IMG/VR virus record: IMGVR_UViG_2974724611_000001
Location: 76,650-140,649 of that record
Source of the DNA: Cinqassovirus ah1
Taxonomy: Duplodnaviria; Heunggongvirae; Uroviricota; Caudoviricetes; Straboviridae
DNA: 64,000 bases
Strand: one strand, 5' to 3'
Shown: piece after piece, positions 26,019 through 35,690 of the stretch
Numbering within the stretch: the stretch's first letter is position 1
Layout of the letters: every line of letters begins with the position of its first letter
The notes under the pieces: generated by a model
What the model was told of the DNA's origin: nothing
Seen by the model: the letters and a program-made list of their open reading frames with translations, nothing else
Database searches by the model: none
Program-made: the position numbers and the translations under genes

Positions 26019-26110
26019 AAAAATAATGCGCGTCCGGAACTCTCTTGTGTACATTGGACTTTATGAGTGTCAGTTCCGACGCGACTTTTTCTTTTGTGTA
26101 AAACACATTG

Positions 26111-26212
26111 CCGAGGATACTGGATTCGAACCAGTGACCCACTGCTTCTTCTGTACTCTCGTTGGAAAGCACAGGAGAAGGCAGTTGTTCTATCCCACTG
26201 AACTAATCCCCG
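26111..26212 (-). ncRNA. Val-like tRNA with anticodon loop expanded into a long hairpin
   Basis: Intact acceptor, D and T arms; ACTGC/GCAGT stem encloses 35 nt. Confidence 0.75.
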
Positions 26213-26236
26213 TCAATGTGTTCTAATAGACTGGAA

Positions 26237-26731
26237 TCAAGGACTCCAGTCAAAATTTAAATCTTCCATGTATTCTTCGAGTATACATAGCTTGTAATCG
26301 ATTGTAAAGCTTTTTGGCAAAACAAAATCAGGACCAACATCATAACTAGCGGTAATGTGTGGATGATAGTCAGGATAATCATGAGTTGCACCATGTTTCT
26401 CTCTGATCTCTTTGTGTCTAGCACCGAACCATGGGTCGGTGAGCTTCAACACCAAAGCACGTTTGCCGCTTTGAGTTTCAAAGATATCAGGTATCATGAC
26501 ACCTTGCAACACTTTATCGATCTTACCACTTGCCTGAAACTCAGGCAAGTATTTTCTTGAGTAGATCAAGGTAGTGTGTAGCTTATCATAGGGGACAAGA
26601 TTAGGTATCCCCATTTCCCTACATCTTCGAACAATTGCCATTGCAGTGCGCGGCTTGTAACGTACTGCTACATAAGTGCCGCGCGTGTCTTGCTTATTCG
26701 CTTCTGTGAATTCAGAAAACGACTTTAACAT
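26237..26731 (-). CDS. 57B: gp57B, 2H phosphoesterase
   Basis: LHTTL and YHPHITASY motifs; T4 synteny. Confidence 0.9.
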   Translation of the reverse strand: MLKSFSEFTEANKQDTRGTYVAVRYKPRTAMAIVRRCREMGIPNLVPYDKLHTTLIYSRKYLPEFQASGKIDKVLQGVMIPDIFETQSGKRALVLKLTDPWFGARHKEIREKHGATHDYPDYHPHITASYDVGPDFVLPKSFTIDYKLCILEEYMEDLNFDWSP

Positions 26732-26964
26732 TACTCGGTTACCAGCTCGCCGTCAACTGCTTTCGGAGCTTTCAGTTCAGCGATTGCTTTCAGATAAGCT
26801 TCTGGTTGAGTAGCAGCTTCGCCTTCCAGGCCCAGTTCTTTAGCCAGTTGAGCAAAGAAACCCTGATAGAATTCAGTTTCTTGGGTGCGAGCTTCTTGAG
26901 CATCAAACAGACGAACTTTGAGAGTGTTCAGTTGTGCTTGCAGTTGTTGAACTTGTTCTTGCAT
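26731..26964 (-). CDS. 57A: gp57A, tail fibre chaperone
   Basis: Coiled coil LNTLKVRLFDAQE; synteny. Confidence 0.8.
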   Translation of the reverse strand: MQEQVQQLQAQLNTLKVRLFDAQEARTQETEFYQGFFAQLAKELGLEGEAATQPEAYLKAIAELKAPKAVDGELVTE

Positions 26965-27614
26965 TTCAATTCCTTATAAGTGTTTAAGACATCATAACGG
27001 AAGCTATCTAATGTGCTATCGTTATGAATAATTGGTTCATGTTCTAACGGAGTCAGACCCCGCTCTGTGATATGATTATCACACATTTTTGTGTCGCGAT
27101 AAACAAAGAACATTAATCCGTGTTTTCGCACGTATTCGATTTCGTGTTCTTGTCTAATGTCCGGAATAACAACATCGAGTCCCCAAACGCGGACTTCCGA
27201 TTCAATGCACTTGATCCAATAATCGCGATCAACACGATCAACGATAATATCGGTACCTAGCAACTGCATCATCCGTCGCATTGTAATAGGACGTTCAACG
27301 TCGAGTCCGATTATAATGTTATTTAGTACGTCAGATTGGTCATTGCTGAATTTGATATAGGTATCATTGAGATATTTTATTGCTTCAAGCCAGAATTGGC
27401 GAGTAAGCTTAAACTCAACAACGTCTCTATCTTTTCCTTTGCCGTCAATATCAGCGTAGCTAAATCCAGCACAGGTTTTCATTGAAGCAAATTCCAATGC
27501 CCGTTTTATAGGAGTAGCAAGCGAACAAACGGTGATTGAGTTGTCATATTCCGCAATGAATTTAGCAGCGGTATCTTTACCGCTGCGCTTTTTACCATGA
27601 ATACCGAATATCAT
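26928..27614 (-). CDS. 1: gp1, dNMP kinase
   Basis: GKKRSGKDT, MQLLGTD, DIRQEHE, HITE. Confidence 0.9.
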   Translation of the reverse strand: MIFGIHGKKRSGKDTAAKFIAEYDNSITVCSLATPIKRALEFASMKTCAGFSYADIDGKGKDRDVVEFKLTRQFWLEAIKYLNDTYIKFSNDQSDVLNNIIIGLDVERPITMRRMMQLLGTDIIVDRVDRDYWIKCIESEVRVWGLDVVIPDIRQEHEIEYVRKHGLMFFVYRDTKMCDNHITERGLTPLEHEPIIHNDSTLDSFRYDVLNTYKELKCKNKFNNCKHN

Positions 27615-27622
27615 ACTGATCC

Positions 27623-28192
27623 TTATGTGTGGGAATAAAATGGATGCAAAGTAGGAGCACTGCCATTAGATCCGGCAACGTAAGGACGTATTTCCACACC
27701 GTCTTTTTCTATGACAAATGACTTATACATAAACTGAACGGGAAGAACGATCGGACTATTAATTTCGTCGGTGTATGTAAACTCTACCTCACCTAAATTT
27801 GACGGCCAAGCGTCAATGAACTTGAATGTTAGAACGATTTTCTTCTTGGAGTTATCCAGAACGTGAAGTAGCAAAGTTCTAGGAACAGTGCCTTCGATTT
27901 GTGCAGTGCTGTTTAGCTTTGCATAGTCTACTACAGATAACATCCACTTGTAAACTTCCACATATGCACTTAATTCCTCATCAAGCAACACACGTATGTT
28001 AAGCGGCTCGAAATCAACAACAGTGCCTGGAAGTTTACCAGTTGTCATTGGGTTAATTGGTATTTCAATGGGGTTAATATTGATTCCAGGGATACCCAAT
28101 CCCTGGACTGCCATCTCAAACGCAATTGTACCTCCAGAGTCTGGAATATCCAGTCGGAAGTTCGTTACGTGTGCTGGGTTACTATGTATCAT
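27623..28192 (-). CDS. 3: gp3, tail tube terminator
   Basis: NFRLDIP, LDEEL..Y.EVYKWM, F.FIDAWPSNLG. Confidence 0.85.
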   Translation of the reverse strand: MIHSNPAHVTNFRLDIPDSGGTIAFEMAVQGLGIPGININPIEIPINPMTTGKLPGTVVDFEPLNIRVLLDEELSAYVEVYKWMLSVVDYAKLNSTAQIEGTVPRTLLLHVLDNSKKKIVLTFKFIDAWPSNLGEVEFTYTDEINSPIVLPVQFMYKSFVIEKDGVEIRPYVAGSNGSAPTLHPFYSHT

Positions 28193-30042
28193 CGATTTTG
28201 CATCCCGTATGGTGTTGAGTTTGAATATCCGTGATCTGACGGGAATCCAAATGAGCTTGTGTAAATGCTGGTATTGTTGTTGTTAACGTTACTCGTCATT
28301 GCCATTTGTGCTCGCATCGCCGTTGCGTCGCGTTGTCTATCTCGTTCTTTCTTTTCTGCCTCGGCTCGCTTCAAATTCTCTCCACTAGCTTCAACGGCAG
28401 CACTTTCTGGTGCCATACCACTTTGAATATTAGCAACAGGAGATAGTTTCTCTTTCAAAGCATCCCCGGCGCTGTTTACCATGTCAGAAACTTTACCGTC
28501 GGTAACATAGTCCGCAATATCGTAAAGATCGCTCAGTAGTAACGCGGTTCCGACAAACGGAATAAACTTAGTCGCAACTCTACCCACAACTTTAGCCGCT
28601 CCAGTCAATGCAGCTTTACCACCGATTTTTTCAAGGAAACCTTTTGTGCCCGCAGCAGCGGCTTTTTGTCCAGCTTTTCCTTCAATAGTCTCAGCAGCTT
28701 CACCAAGAGCTTTGCCAGATTTCATTTCAACATCAGGCGTTTTACCTGGCTCAATAGTCGGCTTAGGCTTACCGTTAATATCAACATCAACGTTTGGTCT
28801 AGGCTTACCCTTCGAATCAACATCTGGTTTTGGCTTTTTGCCGTCGGCGTCAACATCCGGTCTATGCTTTTTGCCGTCAACATCGATATCGGGCTTCGGC
28901 TTTTTAAATCCAGGGAAAGCTTTCTCAAACATTGAGCCAAGCGACGATTTAATCGCAGACGCAAATTTAGCAGCTAATCCACCAAGAGTCGTGATCAATA
29001 ATCCGAATCGCGAGAATAGTCCTGTACCAAGACTTGCTAATCCTCCAAGTAAGCCACCGAACATCTTCATGATGCCACCAATCAACAGCATTTTGCCCAG
29101 ATCTTTCAGTGTGCTGATTAGTGTCTTGTGACGCTTGTCGTTTTCTCCTCGCTCTTTCCTATTCTCACCTCTCTCCTGACGCTGCTCTTGACTCTCTTTT
29201 TTGGATTGTTCTTCCGCATTAACATCTTCGCCAGTTTCAACTTCGCGAGAAGATTGGAATTTACTAATCTCTTTTTCTCTCAGTCGCTCAAATCTATTTT
29301 CCTTGAGCTTTTCAATTCCTCTACTACCAACGTCCTTGATAAATTTAGAACCTTTACTAGCGACTGTATTCACCGCAGATCGAGCCATGCCGTATCCAGG
29401 AATATCTTTAAACACAGCAGATTCAACTCCACTGACCATTTGACTAAACGCACCTGACGCCGTTTCATGAATAGTGGAAAGAGTATTCTTGACAAGGGAT
29501 TCAGCGGACTTGCGAATAAATCCTTTATTTTCTTCTCGCTCCTGCTTGTCTGCTTTCTTCTTGTCCTCATACTCCTTGCGACTTGTTAAACCTTTCTCTT
29601 TCAGGAACTTTTTCAGCTCCGCATCAACGTCCGGTTTTGTTTCCGGCGTCGGTGATGGACTAGGTGCGTCTCCGGCTGGAATATCAGTCTGCGCGGCAGC
29701 ATTAGCCGCTTGTTCAGAATATCGAATAATAGGACTCTGACTCGATATTTTATTTTCCAACTCTGTTCTTCGCTGTAATGCCTTCTGATATTCGTCCTCA
29801 ATTTGAGAACTATTTCGTTGAGCGTAGGCAACCGTGTCCATATATTCAGTGGCGCGTTCAGTTGCCTTTACTTTAGACGAAATAGACTTAACAAGCGAGT
29901 CCTCGGCTTTCGCAACGTCGAGACTAGAATCGGTAGTCATATCAAATGCCGTTTCCAGATCCCTCGCTTGTTTTCGGGTATCATCAAGTTGCACAGCGAG
30001 CTTTAAACTAGAGTCTTCCAGTATTTCGTTTGTTTCTTTCAC
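28189..30042 (-). CDS. 29: Probable gp29 hub / tape-measure protein
   Basis: 617 aa, helical and low-complexity with hydrophobic Gly-rich middle; follows 26/51; KPKPDVD repeats. Confidence 0.6.
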   Translation of the reverse strand: MKETNEILEDSSLKLAVQLDDTRKQARDLETAFDMTTDSSLDVAKAEDSLVKSISSKVKATERATEYMDTVAYAQRNSSQIEDEYQKALQRRTELENKISSQSPIIRYSEQAANAAAQTDIPAGDAPSPSPTPETKPDVDAELKKFLKEKGLTSRKEYEDKKKADKQEREENKGFIRKSAESLVKNTLSTIHETASGAFSQMVSGVESAVFKDIPGYGMARSAVNTVASKGSKFIKDVGSRGIEKLKENRFERLREKEISKFQSSREVETGEDVNAEEQSKKESQEQRQERGENRKERGENDKRHKTLISTLKDLGKMLLIGGIMKMFGGLLGGLASLGTGLFSRFGLLITTLGGLAAKFASAIKSSLGSMFEKAFPGFKKPKPDIDVDGKKHRPDVDADGKKPKPDVDSKGKPRPNVDVDINGKPKPTIEPGKTPDVEMKSGKALGEAAETIEGKAGQKAAAAGTKGFLEKIGGKAALTGAAKVVGRVATKFIPFVGTALLLSDLYDIADYVTDGKVSDMVNSAGDALKEKLSPVANIQSGMAPESAAVEASGENLKRAEAEKKERDRQRDATAMRAQMAMTSNVNNNNTSIYTSSFGFPSDHGYSNSTPYGMQNR

Positions 30043-30203
30043 GACTCACTAGCCTCCTTAGCTCGTTTATTTCTGTCATTAATGAATAGAGTACGATATA
30101 TGGCACGTTCGAAGGGAGTTGTAGTTTCCAACTCTTCAATCGACCAACCCTCTTTGTGCATTTCGTAATTTACGTTGAATAAATCGTAAACCGAATCATT
30201 CAC
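30039..30203 (-). CDS. 51: gp51-like small ORF, in the -1 frame of gp26
   Basis: VNDSVYDLFNVNYEMHKEGWSIEELETTTPFERAIY resembles the C-terminus of T4 gp51; absent from the ORF track (under 60 aa). Confidence 0.7.
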   Translation of the reverse strand: MNDSVYDLFNVNYEMHKEGWSIEELETTTPFERAIYRTLFINDRNKRAKEASES

Positions 30204-30208
30204 GAGGG

Positions 30209-30985
30209 TCAGTCGAAAAAATCGGATAGCCCTCTCAGTGTAACGGGTTCAGCATGTCCGCAATGAGGACATTTTACTGCCAAGTCAAGAGTCGTTTGTG
30301 GAATATCATTAACAAACTTAGCCATTTTCTCATAGCCGTCTTTGTCCAAATAATCCAATAGTTCGATCAACTCTTCATGTTGAATATCTTCTCCGACTTT
30401 CATAACATCGCCGTTAAGATGAACTTCCTGAACACAACGCATAGTGATATCAAACAAATCGGATTCTTTTTCTACGTCAAAGAATTCAGATTCATATACA
30501 GTCGGATAACGCATCTTGATAGAAAGCTTATCGTTGATCTTAATCATACTTTCCGGGACTCTTGACAACTTCGCACGACGCAGATCCGCATTTACCTTGA
30601 TCTGAGTTGAGCACTGACGTTTAGCCGGTTCATCGCCAATCATTACGGGATTACCCTCTTCGTCCAAAGCGTCGATCATATTCTGACAAATAAACGACAC
30701 AGGAACGACTGACGTACCCTTGGAGAGCTTCCACACTGCTAGATAGATAGTCTCTATGTCAAAGATCGGAAGCGTCTCCAAATCGATTCCAGACGTATCA
30801 ATCACGCAGTTTTTCAGAATTTGGATCATAGCGTCTTCCATAGGAGAGCCACTTTCATGAGCCAACATCAAAATTTTATATTCTTTCACCAAGAAAGCAC
30901 GAACTCGAACTTTCTTTCCACTAGACAGCTTGACGCTCGATTGTTGAACAGCTTCAAGAAGCATGTCCCTTGTAAACTTTGCCAT
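30209..30985 (-). CDS. 26: gp26, baseplate hub assembly protein
   Basis: RAFLVKEY, KMRYP, KCPHCG, GLSDFF; TATAAATA at 31008-31015. Confidence 0.85.
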   Translation of the reverse strand: MAKFTRDMLLEAVQQSSVKLSSGKKVRVRAFLVKEYKILMLAHESGSPMEDAMIQILKNCVIDTSGIDLETLPIFDIETIYLAVWKLSKGTSVVPVSFICQNMIDALDEEGNPVMIGDEPAKRQCSTQIKVNADLRRAKLSRVPESMIKINDKLSIKMRYPTVYESEFFDVEKESDLFDITMRCVQEVHLNGDVMKVGEDIQHEELIELLDYLDKDGYEKMAKFVNDIPQTTLDLAVKCPHCGHAEPVTLRGLSDFFD

Positions 30986-31149
30986 TTAAAAACTCCTTAT
31001 TTGTTCTTATTTATAGAAACGCTCGTAAACTTCACCAAACAACTGGTGAAGCGTTTCGACTCAATATGAGTATGAACGTATCAACTCACCAATGAATCGA
31101 TTATAGAGCATTCCAACGAGATAGTAATCAAGTCGAGATAGTCGATAGA

Positions 31150-31288
31150 CTGCGGCGTAGCCGCTAGATTGTTACTACCTTGTTATAAAAAGACAAAATA
31201 AAATCTCTTATAGATCTTTAATGAGAATCTATTTTGTCTTCTTCAATGAAATCAATGAGTTAGCTCACTACGTTCGCAATCTTGCGAT
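31150..31288 (+). repeat. Dispersed palindromic repeat, copy 2
   Basis: Same core as 1493-1615. Confidence 0.9.
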
Positions 31289-31340
31289 CATCGATTTCTG
31301 GAAGAGTATAGTATTTGAACTAATGTAAACCGTCGATAGA

Positions 31341-31468
31341 CCGCGGCGTAGCCGCTCGCTATTTGATCAAAGACAAAATAAAATCTCTTATAAATCTTTA
31401 ATGAGAATCTATTTTGTCTTCTTCAATGAAATCAATGAGTTAGCTCACTACGTTCGCAATCTGACGAT
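31341..31468 (+). repeat. Dispersed palindromic repeat, copy 3
   Basis: Tandem with copy 2. Confidence 0.9.
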
Positions 31469-31504
31469 CAATGTTTACTGGATAGTATTGCAATCATATA
31501 ATGA

Positions 31505-32492
31505 TTATGCATTCCTGATTCCACGTACCATTTGTTTAGTTCTGTTATAGAACGACTCTACGGAGTTGATCAAGTTATCTTTACCGGCATGTTCAGCATG
31601 AATCATTGTGCTAACGGTAAATTCTACCTCGAACGTCGCTACCTGATTATTGTTTTCGTAATCCAGTTGAACTTCGCCAACTCGAACTGGAAAACACCCG
31701 TCACTATGAACAACGGAAGTCATTACTCCGCGTCTGTTTAAAGTCACGATATCAATGTCCCGAGCGTAATTGCTATAAAAGCCGAATGTACCTTCTTGGA
31801 TTATGAATCGAGTTCATCCAAGTTAGGAACCAAATACGTTCCGCGTAATCGGAAGAGCAATAGAATGTCATTCTGATCGGATCAACCGTTCTATTTCGAA
31901 CTTCGGTAAACGGCTTTCTTTCGTTGTAGTTTGATTGTGTATCAAAGCTAACACCAGGCAAGCTTACCGATTTTACCATAAGCGCCAGATCTCTGTTTAC
32001 GTCATAATCAGACCCCAAGAATCCGTCAAGCAGTTCACCTGCACCCGGAATCATTCTCACTAGAGTTGGGTCAATCGCGCCCATAATATTTTTGATCTTC
32101 GGACTCAATAACTTTTTGCCCTGATTCATCGCGATATCTTGAATACGATGCCAACTAAAATTTGTTCCTCCGAAGAATCCACCAGTTGATTTGTTAATCG
32201 CATCGCCAATTCCACCAATAGTCTCGCCCAGTGGACCCAAATGTCCCAAAATGCCGTCAGCGGAAGCAACGGATTTAAAATCACCAAATCGAACAAGAAA
32301 CGTATTCGATCTTGCTAAATCTTTATTTTCAATCACTCGCATAAAACGCGCAAAGTCCGGAGTAGAATTCGGATCATCTGCTAATTTATCCGCAATATAA
32401 TCAATACCGTCAGATAATGCCGTACTCGCCATTCCAGGAATTTTACCCGGAATCTCTTTAATATAATTCGCGGCTGTATCTAATAAGCCCAT
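31505..32492 (-). CDS. 54: gp54, baseplate-tail tube initiator (frameshift near 31795)
   Basis: DLARSNTF.V, VKSVSLPG, ITMTF-like segment, C-terminal VQLDYENNNQVATFEVEF in the next frame. Confidence 0.8.
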
Positions 32493-32541
32493 TATAAACT
32501 CCTTTAGTAAAAAGGCGGCATTCGCCGCCTTGTGTAAATTA

Positions 32542-33540
32542 TTAATAGCCCTTCCAGACTTTCTGTGCACCAAACGATTTGCTCTGAGGACCAGAAACAA
32601 ATTTTTGGAAAGGTAAGAAGCAAACATTCACCCAGTCTTGTGGCTTGATCTCAATCATACCACCTTTAATTCGCTGAGGAATATATGCCTTGATCATATG
32701 CTCGGCACCACGCATTGATTTAACTTTGTCCCAGTTAATCTTCAACGAAGTTTTGTTGGTAATGCGATCTGTACTTGCATATTTCAACAACTCTTCCAAA
32801 AAGTCCTTACGTGCTTTCGGCGGAATATAGTGCAAGTTCAAGCCCATCATTAATCCTGGATATCTCAAACTCGGACCAAGATAAACAATAAGCGGATACA
32901 CGTCCCAATATGGCAGAGTGTCTTTATGCTTCGCGTCATATATGTAGGTATACAGTTTGCCAATCTGTGGCTTATTCGGCCTGAATCCACGAACGTTCTT
33001 TTTGATAATATCAGTAAACCACTCGTTGGATTTCTTCTCGTTCTTTTGAACGCTATCCCGAGTTCTTAGCTTCACCTGGGCATTGAAATCCTGTTTCAGC
33101 AAATCATATTTCTGTTTTGCCGTCAACTTGGACTTATTCCTCATACTATCTTCCAGATTCTTCTTGATGATGATATCATCCCTGAATTTTCTGAAAGCAC
33201 GACTCATGGTTTCTTTATTAAGATTCTTATCATCTGCGAATTGGGAGATTGTGATTCCTTTCTCCTTTGCTCTTAGATAAGCCACACCAAGCTCTACCCA
33301 TTGCGCTTTATTCTTATTTGGATTAATCGCGCTGTAATATTCCTTGATATCGTCTTTATAACGACGCATAGCACGACCAAACGTTTCGTATTTAAGTCCG
33401 TTATCGTCTGCGAACTTCTTTACCGTTAAGCTTGGATTCTTTTTCTTTGCGTCAAGAAAACGGACACCTATATCAATCCAGGCTTTCTTATTACGCTTTT
33501 CAGCCGGAGTTTCCGGAATCTGAACTTCCTCAAATATCAT
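32542..33540 (-). CDS. 2: gp2, DNA end protector
   Basis: YDAKHKDTLPYWD.YPL, GLNLHYIPPKAR. Confidence 0.95.
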   Translation of the reverse strand: MIFEEVQIPETPAEKRNKKAWIDIGVRFLDAKKKNPSLTVKKFADDNGLKYETFGRAMRRYKDDIKEYYSAINPNKNKAQWVELGVAYLRAKEKGITISQFADDKNLNKETMSRAFRKFRDDIIIKKNLEDSMRNKSKLTAKQKYDLLKQDFNAQVKLRTRDSVQKNEKKSNEWFTDIIKKNVRGFRPNKPQIGKLYTYIYDAKHKDTLPYWDVYPLIVYLGPSLRYPGLMMGLNLHYIPPKARKDFLEELLKYASTDRITNKTSLKINWDKVKSMRGAEHMIKAYIPQRIKGGMIEIKPQDWVNVCFLPFQKFVSGPQSKSFGAQKVWKGY

Positions 33541-34000
33541 CTTTCACCCCTTTGAATCCCATTCGTTTCAAGGTATCTTCTGTGATTATATTAAATCTCC
33601 AACCTTTTTGCTCGCATATTTTAATCGCGGCTTTCCACTTTGATGTATTAACACCCCAAGTATATACTTCCTGTGCAAATCGTTTCTTTGCCGCTGCCGT
33701 ATTTCTAGTTGGCATTTGTGGAGGCATTGTCTCTTTTCGAGGCTTTACTTCCCAGAGTGAAATATCTCCGTTTTTCCAGCATACAGTCATGTCCATGAAG
33801 TATCTTCTTTTCTTACCGTCTGCTTCTGAGAAATAAGGAATTACAGTTTCCTCTGAATTCCACCACTTGACTTCTGGGTTTCTGTCAAGCATTTTCATGA
33901 TGAAAAGTTCCCAGCTACTGCGATACGTTATTTTTGAGGCATCGCCTCTATATTTTTCTTTGTTTTCAGGCACAAACTTGCCTTTATATGTTTCTGCCAT
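33530..34000 (-). CDS. 4: gp4, head completion nuclease
   Basis: YKGKFVPENKEKYRGD, YRSSWE, RRYFMD, EVKP. Confidence 0.95.
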   Translation of the reverse strand: MAETYKGKFVPENKEKYRGDASKITYRSSWELFIMKMLDRNPEVKWWNSEETVIPYFSEADGKKRRYFMDMTVCWKNGDISLWEVKPRKETMPPQMPTRNTAAAKKRFAQEVYTWGVNTSKWKAAIKICEQKGWRFNIITEDTLKRMGFKGVKDDI

Positions 34001-34018
34001 AACTAACTCCTTTAACTG

Positions 34019-34032
34019 TATTTAGCTAAATA
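34019..34032. promoter_or_regulatory. Back-to-back divergent late promoters
   Basis: TATTTAG-CTAAATA palindrome between genes 4 and 48. Confidence 0.75.
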
Positions 34033-34051
34033 ATCATAAAAGGAGCTTAAT

Positions 34052-35124
34052 ATGGCCAACAAAACAATCACTATGTTAAACAACGGTGTCAAGACGATTT
34101 CAGATGCCGCTGGTAAATTTATTGGTGAATTTCTTAGCTCGCCAAGTGGAGAGACAGGGATTCAAGCACTACAATATCCTCTCGCAATGAAGGGAGAGGC
34201 AGACAGACACAAGAACTACCTATGCTTTTATGCCGTTGATGCCGCCGCTCAAGGTTTGAGCAATGCAGATATTCAGACCCGAAGCTTGAATAGCGTTAGT
34301 GTAAGTTCAACGAGAAGACTATTGCCGTTATTCAGATGTATATGCCAAATCTTAATCAGAATATCGGTCACGAATACAGCGATAATGACGGTGGATTCTT
34401 GCAAGATATGATGATGAATTACGCTGGCTCTGCTGGCTCTGGACTTATTGAAACTGGTAAAGATCTGGGTGTGGCATTTGCGAAAACTGCGATTCAACAA
34501 GTAACTGTTAATTTGGGTAAAGCGACTCAACAATATAATGCGCAACTGAGTGGCAAGGTGTTGGGTAGCAGAAGCGCGAACATGTATAAAAATACATCTT
34601 TGCGATCACAGACGTTTCTATATAACTTGCGTCCAAAGAATCTGGCTGAATTGAAAGAAGTTGGACAGATCATACGTGCGTTTCTGATTTATAGCTCTGC
34701 ATCTGTTACAGGAACAACTTCTATCAACGAAATGGTGGGCAGTATTACTGGCGGATCAAACGCTCTTGGATCGATTGGTGCGGGTGGTGGTACTGAGAGT
34801 ATCCAAGTTCTAAAAGTTCCTCCGCTGTGGTATCTTGAGGAGAGAGTTAATAGCCAATCCGCATCGGCTGAAATCAGATACACTCCCAAGTTTGCAATGG
34901 GTCCGTGTGCGTTAACGAATATTAGAATCACAAGTACACCGGAACAGATTTATAACTCATTCGAGGGAACAGCCGGTGACCCAATTGCTATTGATTTGGA
35001 ACTAACATTCACCGAATTGCGTCCAGTGTTCAAAGAATATTGGGAAAGTCTGACAAAGAATTTGGGCTCACAAGATACCGGTCAATTCTTCTTTGGCTCA
35101 TATGCAAGTAAGGAAAGCAAATAA
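34052..35124 (+). CDS. 48: gp48, baseplate tail tube cap (frameshift near 34300)
   Basis: LQYP; YMPN; ANMYKNT.LRSQTF.YNLRPKN; GPCALTNI; LELTFTEL. Confidence 0.75.
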
Positions 35125-35690
35125 TGTTGATGCAATTTTTTGACCCGATTAACTACAACGGTATTCCAACTGCGAATATTTTTAAGAGTTACGGTAAGTA
35201 TTTTAATGAAGTCGCTGGTAGTTTCGTATTGCGTCGTTATTTCGTGACGGGTGATCCCCGTCCTGAATTGCTGGCTCATAGACTTTATGGAAACAGTTCG
35301 TATTACTGGATTCTGTTGATGTTGAATAATATATATGATCCGTTTCATGGATGGATTAAATCGCAGGAGCAAGTTTATAGCTCTGCCGCGCAAAAATATA
35401 AGAATCTACCAGACAAAGAAAACACGGTATTATATCATGTTGATTCTGACGGCAAACGATATTACCGAATGAAAGAGTTTCCTGTTGGATCAAAGAACTG
35501 GTATGATATTGGAGACACACTTCATCGATTTGTTCAGCACACGGGTGCGCTTGCTCCCGTTAGTGCGATTGAACATGAGTTGAATGAGAATGAAAACAAG
35601 AGAAACATTTTTATTTTGAGTCCGGCTGATTTGCAGACTTTTCTGGATATGTTGACTCGTAGAATGGAGAGAGTTCGTCGTGGCAGTTGA
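35124..35690 (+). CDS. 53: gp53, baseplate wedge
   Basis: RPELLAHRLYGN...YWILLMLNNIYDPF.GWIKS. Confidence 0.9.
   Translation: MLMQFFDPINYNGIPTANIFKSYGKYFNEVAGSFVLRRYFVTGDPRPELLAHRLYGNSSYYWILLMLNNIYDPFHGWIKSQEQVYSSAAQKYKNLPDKENTVLYHVDSDGKRYYRMKEFPVGSKNWYDIGDTLHRFVQHTGALAPVSAIEHELNENENKRNIFILSPADLQTFLDMLTRRMERVRRGS

Noticed and set aside
28720-28920. KPKPDVD-type repeats in gp29
   Set aside because: Low-complexity protein linker; no evidence of a DNA-level element.
31150-31468. Tandem repeats as a CRISPR array
   Set aside because: The units are about 130 bp, only two are in tandem, there is no unique-spacer periodicity and there are no cas genes.
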